Source: Spongospora subterranea f. sp. subterranea
Taxonomy: Eukaryota
Reading direction: 5' to 3'
Assembly: GCA_049724395.1 (NCBI GenBank)
Contig: JAUGWO010000082.1
Span: 124,001 to 188,000 of the forward strand
Length of the DNA stretch: 64,000 bases
The position numbers were made by a program, and so were the translations under genes. The notes beneath the pieces were generated by a model. The model had not been told where the DNA came from, ran no database searches, and saw only the letters and a list, made by a program, of their open reading frames with translations. Shown piece after piece: positions 54,690 to 64,000 of the stretch (positions are counted from its first letter, which is position 1; every line of letters begins with the position of its first letter).

Positions 54690-56571
54690 ATGCCTCCCAA
54701 TCTCATACCGACAAATGGTGCCAATGATACTCCATTATCCTCACCGGTGGCGGCCCTACCACAAACACGTTCGTGCTCCAACTTGATCGAACAGGAGAAA
54801 GAAGGTTGAGTCCCTTGATTTGAAGAATCAGCTGCTAGTGATATGGGTCTGCAGTCAATGAATGTTTAGTCTTATGCATGGTTGGCCTACCTGCGCGTGG
54901 CAAAACTTATCTCGCGCGAAAACTGGAACGATATCTTCGCTGGATTGGATTCAAAACAAAATCGTTCAATATAGGAATGTACCGGCGCCAGCAGGTATTG
55001 GTTTTCTGTTGTCAGAAATGTTTTTGACCGTTAAAAATAGGTTGGTGCTCACGTTGCGGCGGATTTCTTCGACCCAAGCAATGAAGCTGGTGTTTCTGCA
55101 CGACAACAGTGTGCAGCGCAAGCGATTAAAGCCTTACTTTCCTGGGTTTTTACAGATGGTGGACGAGTAGCTATATACGATGGTACTAACAGCACTTTGG
55201 AGCGAAGAAGGCTCGTCAAGGAACAGGTTCGTAGTTTCTGGTTATTATCAGACAGTTAATCATAATGACATCTGAGGATTAGCTTGCTCAAGCGCAAAAA
55301 AGAATCGGGAATAGTCTTTAAACTGGTCTGGGTTGAGAGTATCTGTAACGATGAATCTATTTTGGAAGAAACTATTCGAAGAAACAAGCTCAACTCGCCT
55401 GATTACGTTGGAGTTGATCCTGATACAGGTTGTTATTGTATGTGGCTGTATATGTGCTTACACTCTTGCAGCCTATAGGGATTTTCGTGAGCGAATAGCG
55501 AATTATGAAAGAGGTTATAAGACGCTCACCGAAGAAGAAGGAGACCGTTACATCAAGGTTATTGATACCGGGACGAAGATGGAAGTTTATAGACTTGATG
55601 GCATAGTGTGCTCGCGCATCGTCTACTTTCTACTTCATGTTCGGTAATGATTCGGAATTCTCGTTGTGTTGCGCTGATGAATTTTCTACCAGAATAAACA
55701 CAGCTCCTATTTACCTCTCGCGCCACGGAGAATCCGAGTTCAACATTCAGGGTAAGAGTCTCGATGTACAAAAGAATCTCTCTGATTTTTTACAGGAAAA
55801 ATTGGAGGTGATTCACATCTAAGTCAACGTGGAAGACAGTACGCAGAACAACTTGCATCGTTTTTGGAGAAAGAAAAAGAGCTCAATAAGGTGATAAAGG
55901 AGATTGCCTTTCTTTCAACTTCTGAGAAGTTACCAGACCGGGAAGCTTACGGTGTTCTGTAGCACTTTGAAGCGTACAATTGAGACCGCATCCTACATAA
56001 AAGGTATAACATATGCCGAATTATATTTTCAAGATTAGTTACGAATGAGTATAGGGGATAAGCCACAACAGTGGAGAGCTTTATCCGAGATCGAAGTTGG
56101 ATCTTGCGATGGAATGAATACAGCAGATTTTGAAACGATGATGCCTGAAGAGTTTGAAGCCCGAAAAGCGGACAAGCTTCGCTACCGATATCCTCGGTTG
56201 GTTTTTATCGAGCTCATGATATCGAACATTTCATCAATTTTAACCAGGGGAGAATCGTATCTTGACGTAATTCAACGATTAGAACCAGTAATTTTTGAAC
56301 TTGAAAAATCCACGTCTCCGGTTATCGTTGTTGGGCATCGGGCCGTGCTTCGTTGCGTTTGTATGATTTTCCCAAAAATTGATGTGACTGATATTAAAGC
56401 GCAATTCTAGATGCATATTTTATGGATCTCCCGCACGAAGACATCCCGCATCTCGACCTATTTTTACATCGAGTGTTCAAGCTGAAAAATGCAGCATATG
56501 GGTGTGATGTGCAGACATATGATCTGGGAGTTCAAAGTGTTGATCAAGTCAACGATCAATATTTAACATGA
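54690..56571 (+). CDS. PFKFB: 6-phosphofructo-2-kinase/fructose-2,6-bisphosphatase
   Basis: [61 protein letters not shown]. Confidence 0.95.
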
Positions 56572-57062
56572 GCTGTTGAAGGATCTGTTCATTGTCTGCC
56601 AGTATTTATGTGTTTTTTTTGGAAAAGGCTATTGAATATTAATATATCAGATGCTTTCTCACATATTTTTCCTCAATGAAGTGCACAAACAGGCTTGATC
56701 GCAGATTCTTGCATCAACGTCAGAACCCTATACAAACAAAGACTACTTGGGTTCGGTTTCAGGCGAGTTATCGCATCTGATTCCTGCAAAACCCGGTGTG
56801 AGGTGCCCTGATAGGGGTCGCGTTTCCCTATTGTTCAGGTCTCTCCACCCACCCCCTACCAGTGCGGTTGTGCGTGTGGTGGGCTGATGGTAGCGCCCAT
56901 CTGTTATAGTGGCGATCTGTGAGTGATGAGGGTGTAATGTGGTGTACACCTACCACCTGTCGACCCACCTGTTACCTGTAGTCCTCTTGTAGGTGTAGCG
57001 GTATCGATATTCCCCTTATCAGATGTCTCCATCCTCTTCTTCTCCATTTCTGCATTGATTAG

Positions 57063-58428
57063 ATGACCACCACTGATATTGATACCTTTATCGACACGCT
57101 GCTCAATGGAGGTCTGCTGCACGAAGCTGCCTGCATATTTATCTGTGAGAAGGTGCGTTTGGATTTCCGAAATACGGCTGGAATTCCCTGTAAGAACTCC
57201 TGTTATGGTGTAGTTAGTGGAGATATTAATGCATGAGAGCAATGTTCATCCTGTCAATGCGCCAGTTACTGTGGTAAAATCAATTTCTACAAACCATACG
57301 CCTATCATCAACTTAAATTGTTATGCTTGGCAATCCAGGTTGGGGATATTCATGGACAACTTCATGACCTATTTGAGTTGTTCAAAGTTGCTGGGACCAT
57401 TCCCAGCGTAAATTACCTTTTCCTAGGAGACTACGTGGATAGAGGTTTTTCTTTCACAAATTCGTGCTCTCAATTGATATCCGGTATATAGGGCAATATT
57501 CAGTCCCAACGATATCCCTTCTTGGCTGTTTCAAAATTCGTTTTCCCCATTGTGTTGCCATACTCAGAGGCAATCATGAATCAAGACAAATAACACAAGT
57601 ATTCTGTTCACGATCGTTCGATTTTTGAATACCGATCGTTTTTGTAATCTGTTTAGGTGTATGGATTCTATTCGGAATGCTGTAATCGATATGGCGAAGG
57701 ACCTGGTACCGCCGTATGGAAGGCGTTTACCAACATGTTCGACTATCTGCCTATTGCTGCCATTATTGATGATGCCATATTCTGTACTCATGGAGGGCTG
57801 TCACCATCGTTGCGAAGCGTCGACCAGATACGAGTTTTGCAAAGATTCCAGGAAATTCCTGCGGAAGGTGCTTTGGCGGATCTGATGTGGTAATACATCT
57901 CAGTGGTTTCGTGTTTCGAACAAAGTTCATAATGATTGATTAGGTCAGATCCGGACAGTAGGACATCTGGATTCCGGGTATCTTCTCGCGGGGCTGGATT
58001 CTTATTCGGTGAAGATATATTCGACAAGTTTATGGAGTTCAATGGGTTCAAGGTACCATATCATATAGTCAAAGCAGGCCTGAATTGTTTAATACCCTCA
58101 TACTTTTGATCATAGTATATGGTGAGGGCGCATCAGCTGTGTATGGAAGGATATCAAGAGCTATTCCAGAACAGATTCGCCACTGTTTGGAGCGCACCCA
58201 ACTGTTCGTTAACGCGGTATTAAGATCTGACCGCAAAACTGATTTTGGACAGACTGTTTTCGAGCTGGCAATAGAGCTTCGGTTCTCAAAATTGACGCCG
58301 ATCATAATAAGAATTTCGTAGTGTTCGATGCCTGTCCATCTGATCAGCGAATCGCTATCCAAGGAGGGGTTGGTAACAACCATGGCGATAGTGACGGCCC
58401 TCGTATCAACCCCGATTATTTCTTATAA
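57063..58428 (+). CDS. PP2A-family Ser/Thr phosphatase catalytic subunit (PPG1/PP4/PP6-like)
   Basis: [42 protein letters not shown]-terminal DYFL. Confidence 0.93.
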
Positions 58429-58590
58429 CCCTCCAGTATTGCCCCAGTTTCACTATCCGAATTAAAGTCAGAAATACATATTTATTGTAATTGTTCACTC
58501 AGTCCTGGATGGCATGACCGTTGGCAATGGCGTCTGATCCGACAGCATCGCCGTCAAGTTTGGTCGAGTTCCGCGACTGCGGCAATAGGA

Positions 58591-59097
58591 ATGTCGCCAT
58601 ACACTGGCCGGCTCTCGGACGCGGTTCGTAAAGTGAAGTTGTTTTCCATCACGTCATGTGCTCTGACTTCATTAGCATCACCTGTTATGATCGTCGCCGA
58701 ATCCAATGCCTCCGTCCCTGTAAGATTGCCGCGGTGCCGATCCTATATCTTCTCACGGTTTCATGATCAGATTCGCGCGTGCTTGGCAGGAATTATTGTC
58801 GCGTTCTCATTGGGAACCACGACTGCACTGCACCTAGTATCACGACAATATGTCACCTCAATGTGTGCTAAACCCGGTGGCAATTCAATCGCGTTGGAGA
58901 CCCTGAGTATTCTAGGAAGACATGTCAAACACGATATTCCAGTTAATCAATTGCAGCCATCTTCCACTCCATTTTCTACATTCATGGACCGACACTCCCG
59001 TAAAACCTTTTACGTTCACGAAGATTTAGTTTCTGAGCTCATCTCAAACGGCAAGCTACCTGCATCGTTAAACAACGTCATTTCACAGAGCAAGTAA
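58591..59097 (+). CDS. TMEM70-family mitochondrial membrane protein (true start probably upstream)
   Basis: YTGRLSDAVRKVKLFSITSCALT, two hydrophobic helices, YVTSM, LETLSILG, TF..FYV pattern. Confidence 0.75.
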   Translation: MSPYTGRLSDAVRKVKLFSITSCALTSLASPVMIVAESNASVPVRLPRCRSYIFSRFHDQIRACLAGIIVAFSLGTTTALHLVSRQYVTSMCAKPGGNSIALETLSILGRHVKHDIPVNQLQPSSTPFSTFMDRHSRKTFYVHEDLVSELISNGKLPASLNNVISQSK

Positions 59098-59149
59098 ACA
59101 TTCCATAATATTCCAGTATCAAATATTGTCGAGTGAGTCGTATTGGTGT

Positions 59150-60530
59150 TTATGCGCGTCGGTTTATATTACTATTGATATCCAACAAAGCATCTTTAGC
59201 TTGTCTTTGCCGTGTTCGATGCTGATTATGGTCATCTTTTGATCGTGGCGATAAAAGTGACTCGAAAAAGCTTTTGACGGCGTTCTGACTTTTGGTTGAT
59301 GGCGTCGTCGGTGTATTTAACGACAAACTTGGACTTCCGATGATACGCTGAAAGTTATTTTTTCTGTTAAATTCATTGGATGATGATAGGAACATTATAC
59401 TGACATTATTAACGGATGGTTTGATGTGGGATGGAGTATCAGGACAGGACGATTTGGAAATGTCATTCTTTAGCATTTCTAAGAATTCATCGTCATCTAT
59501 CGCCGTGATCCGATTCTCTTGTGCAGGGGGATCTTCCTCAATCTCCGGAAAAAGATCGGTAAATTGATATTCTGATGGGGTTAATTTGTCGATTAGGTCG
59601 ATTGTATCAGTCCGTATTGGGATAACCAAGAACGGATCTGATAATGTAACGTCGCGTACATCGCCATCGCTCCTGCAACGATCTGAGAAAACAACAATTT
59701 CAGCAACGTATTGCTACCTCTCTGCGCCAGATGCCGTGAAAGATCCAATGTGCTTTGCGATATGGAATCTGACAGTTTGGAAATCTTGCCCATTTTTACA
59801 ATATATCAGACCTGCCCCGATAGACAATGCGCGCCTCCTCAAAGCACCCTGAATAAACGAGATGAAATTCCAGTTGGTTCTATCTATGAGCAGGATTTTG
59901 ATACCGCCATAACGTCAGCCATGTAGTCCCTAACATCGTCTAGGAAACTATCAGCATTGCATGCGACGATAATCGCGTCGAGAGCGGATTCACACGACTC
60001 TTTCAAGAATATGATCAGCTATCATCTTCGGGCACTGATTAGCCCTATCGCCTTCACCTGTTTGTCCATGTATTTCCTTTAGCGTCTCCAAGGCTTTATC
60101 GAGTGCATTGCACGCGGACGAGGGACATTTTAGGTCTACAGCGATAAGGTAAAGAGCAGGTCTAGTGATGGGATCGTGAGCAATCGATGAAAGTAGCTGA
60201 GGAGAAGTCATTGGAGTGCTATAAAACACGTGGGCAATAGCGGTATTATCGTATTGAAGATCGGACCAATATCCGACTATAATTACGACAGCGTGAGATG
60301 ACAGCAAACACATACAATATGGATGGAATTACTGGGCGACATTGACGAGGGGAACGGGTTGATCTGGGCAGGCAATGCATGTGTATCCGCCAGGGCGATG
60401 ATAGTGGGTGTCGCCCTGATGCGATACAATCAGGTTATGATCGACAACGAGGCGCCATGATATACTGTGGGTCATTATTGTAGGATGCGCTGATCGACGA
60501 TATGAACGGGAGCCACGAGGCCGATAGCAT
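59150..60530 (-). CDS. Cytoplasmic dynein light intermediate chain-like protein
   Basis: LIAVDLKCP, FIQGALRRRALSIGAGLIY, IPIRTDTIDLI, and C-terminal amphipathic AVKSFFESLL helix. Confidence 0.72.
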
Positions 60531-61537
60531 GGCGCCCCTTTCCGCTCCCTGTGGATTAGCCGCCGCCCAACGGTATCGGGTTGGGCAGAATATGGCGATA
60601 ACAGTACACGCAGTGAGACCTAGTGTCGCCCTCTCATCATTCACCATAAGGAACTGAACGGGTCATAGGTTGGTACAACACTTTCAGAAGATCTCAACAA
60701 ACAGATCTACAATTGTTCATGATGCCACAATAACAATAATATCAACAATGACTGTGTTTGGCCCACGTTTGTATCCCAACGTCTGACCTTCGCATTGCAC
60801 TCCACAACCCATCTCGAGATGGGTTGTGAAGGATTTAGTCGTAGAAACAAACTAACTAACCAAGCAGAATGCTTTGAGGTTAAACCCTCTGGAGCAAAAG
60901 TCGAAAACGAAAAACCTGTGAAAGCGCTTGCAAAGCAAAAACCAAGACCAGAAGGTAATCAAGGTGAAATATCTGTTATCAGTCTGTGATATGCCATTGC
61001 CTTCTGTCTTCGCCTCAAACTTTGGGGTGTGGCATCAGGCCCTGGTCATTGCCTCATCGTTCGGTTCGACGAATACGTTGATTGGTGTTGTTGGGCATAG
61101 TCTCAAGTACAATTTTGGCACCCAACAACTACTATGTTGTATGTGTCTGCCAGAATGTGTATTTATATTCTGCTTAGCTATCGCTTTCATAGGTCTTTTG
61201 TGTGTTATTGACTTGTTCAGTTTGTTAGCCGTGATTTCTACGACTTCTGAACCATCCACGAAGTGCATTACGTTCAACAGCGCGTTGGATATATCGCAAT
61301 CAAACTACCAAAGCACCGATTTGCGCCTATAACCATTCATCAAACTGTACGTTAGCAAACAGGAGTTATTCATAGGTTTATAACAAAACTTTAAGGGTGG
61401 TATCAACAAGTTTGTACAATAAATCATGATCAATCTGCACGATTCTTTTCGAACAGCATCACCTTTCAGAACACGTTCCTTCCTGCGATAATGCACCATT
61501 CTAGTATGATAGAAACAGCGATCATAGAACCATGAAT

Positions 61538-64000
61538 CTATGTTGCCGCTTTTAGAACCCAACGTCTGACCTTCCCTGCCTTTTTCAAATCAGCAACGTG
61601 ATGTAAAAGATGCCGAAAAATGTGCTGGTCGTTTCTATCGCTAATTCGCCCTTGAAAATGGAATATCACTTTATCCGAATCGATTCCTTCAGGGTAGTTA
61701 GCAAGAAAGTCTTGCAACTCATGAAGCAATTGCAACGTTTTGCTGTCGATAGCAGACGGAACTGCACTCCCTGCCTGGCGGTGTTTGATTTCCGCTAACA
61801 AATGTTTCGATGAAATCGCATTGTTAGCATTGTCTAGCCAGCGAACCACATTATCAACTCGCTCGGAGGTCGCCCCGGCGACTCCTGATTTTCCTGTCCA
61901 GGTTGGTACGCCAACCTTGACACCAGAAAGTTGGGTTTGACTTTGCCGTAGTGAGGCTACAGCTTTTTCAGCAATCGCTGCGGAACGTTTTTCAACTTGT
62001 GATGATGAAGAGGATGATACAAGCTTATCATGGGAAAACACGCTAGATAGGTCCGAATTATTGAATAAGCATTGCAAAAGATCGCTAGAACCCCCATTAG
62101 AAGAGGTGTCAACTTTGACCTCGGCTTCTTTGATTCCGTGGAAGATATCAGCTGTTTCTAGCACTTCATCGTCGACATAAGAAAATAAGTCTTTCAGGTC
62201 TGAATTGCTGAAAAATCGCTGCTGAGTTGGATCCTCTAAAACCTGGTTTGTAAGCAACTGCTTGAAAATTTGCCGATGATATACTTTCTCTTCAATGGTT
62301 CCCCGGGTCACAAGACGTAAAACGGTAACGTCACGTGTTTGCCCAATACGATATGCTCTTTCCTGGGCTTGTTCGTCAGTTGCTGGATTCCAATCGGGAT
62401 CGAATACTAATACGCCTGAATATCAACCATTGAGAAACATTTATCAAGCTATCAGCAAATGAGGTTGCATACGGTTTGCTCCGGTGAGATTAAGACCAAA
62501 TCCGCCTGCCCTAGTGGTTAAAAGCAGAATGAAAATTTTCGGATTGCAATTGAATTCGTCAAAAATTGCCTGCCGCGACCTGACCGCCGTACTGCCGTCC
62601 ACTCTTCGATACTCAAAATTATTTTCACGGACCATTGCTTCGATTATATCAAGACATTGACGTGTTTGGGAGAAAAAAAGAACTCGTTGCGACTCCAAAT
62701 GCCAAATCTTGAGAATTTGCTCAGCAACTTTGAGCTTTCCTGATCGGGACACGGCGCCGTAGTTAGATGGGCGAGAAGAACTGTTTTCATGGACCATCAA
62801 GAGATCCGGGTGATTGCATATCTTCCTTAATAACGATATTGTCTTGAAAAGCCGGAGATCATTCGCGTAGCGAACTATTGAAATAATCAGTTTCCGTTTA
62901 AGCTAAGCAGAAAGACCGCCGGTTTTACATTGTTTGGGATTTGACGTGGCTAGAACGTCTTTGTAAGCCAATTTTTGATCTTCTGTCAAGGAACAGAAAA
63001 GGATTTGTTCAGACTTGCTTGGTAGGTTTTTCAAGACGTCCGATTTGAGACGGCGAAGAATGTGAGGTGTAATTGTGTCTCTGAGCAATACAGCACATCG
63101 ATAGGCTGCCTGAACTTGATCATGATTGGCATGAATATAGCCTCCCTTAATGATGGGTTCACAGAACTCTTCTTCAAAAACAGGTAGGGTTCCTAACCTT
63201 CCTGGAAATACAAAATCAAACAGAGACCACAACTCGCGTAGATGATTTTGAATTGGGGAACCAGATAAAATTATCCGATGCGGAGTTCGAACACGTTTAA
63301 CTAAAAGAGTGATCTGACAATTTGAAGTTAACAGGAATCAGTTCAACATAAGATTGATTACATACTGTAGCGTCTGGATTCCTTATCCTATGACCTTCAT
63401 CAAGGATAACATATCCCCATTTTTTGGATAGAATCTGTGCATGATGCTTCCGAAGACTCTCATATGTGGTGATCACAACATGTCCAGGTCCATGAGCGCA
63501 CGCCTTCTCAATAATGTCCTTGTTGGAACATTCGTGGTTGCCCGAATCATGTAAAAGCATAACACGAGCAGACGGCCACCACGCCCGGAATTCATAAAGC
63601 CATTGCCCCATAATACTTGCTGGACATAGTAAAAATGTGGGCCCGAGCCGAACAGAAGGTGTGTTGGCCACCGCTGCCAAAAATGATACTATTGTTATAG
63701 TCTTGCCCAATCCCATCGCATCGCCGATAATACCACCGACTGATTGTTGATGTAATTCCCACAGCCATTGTAGAGCAGTCTTTTGATAATCAAAGAGGCG
63801 ATCAAAAATCCTTCCGGGAACCGTCAAGCCACCTTCTAATACGGCGTTTGTAACGCTTGGCTCCTCGGCGTTCCCTTTCCTTACTTTGCTCAAACGCTGG
63901 TGAAATTCAAATTCATCCGCATCATCAACAACGCGACACGTTTTCCGTCGTTTTGCAGTTCTAGTGTCTTCCTCTGAGTCTGATGTGACATAATCTTCAT
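61538..64000 (-). CDS. ERCC6: CSB/Rad26 SNF2-family translocase (5' part outside window)
   Basis: [69 protein letters not shown], and CSB-typical GVPTWTG. Confidence 0.93.

Noticed and set aside
60660..61530. Short ORFs between the LIC and CSB genes
   Set aside because: No recognisable domain; strand and frame could not be decided.

Overview
Gene-dense eukaryotic nuclear DNA with many short (about 40-80 nt) GT-AG introns and very short intergenic spacers. The architecture and gene content resemble a compact protist genome, possibly a plasmodiophorid or other rhizarian; this is inference only. About 26 spliced protein-coding genes can be supported. They include proteasome beta1, RMI1, cytosolic carboxypeptidase CCP1, TFIIIC-63, SART3/Prp24, TYW1, DDI1, NDK, PRP31, ADAL, PFKFB, a PP2A-like phosphatase, TMEM70-like, dynein LIC, CSB/ERCC6, a B12D/NDUFA4-like small protein, and RA-PH-RGS, PH-RhoGAP, BTB, MORN, ankyrin and LRR proteins. 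Two accessory islands (about 12.2-18.8 kb and 45.7-47.5 kb) hold the most unusual sequence. The first contains a signal-peptide protein with three copies of an unrecognised Cys-rich domain, a decayed Copia element interrupted by a fold-back pair of Penelope-like retroelement 3' ends, and a perfect 54-bp palindromic tandem array. The second contains another Copia remnant and a long hairpin. A multi-SUEL lectin gene and the Cys-repeat gene each carry a single +1 frameshift. No rRNA, tRNA or CRISPR could be supported. CDS coordinates span introns and were modelled by eye.
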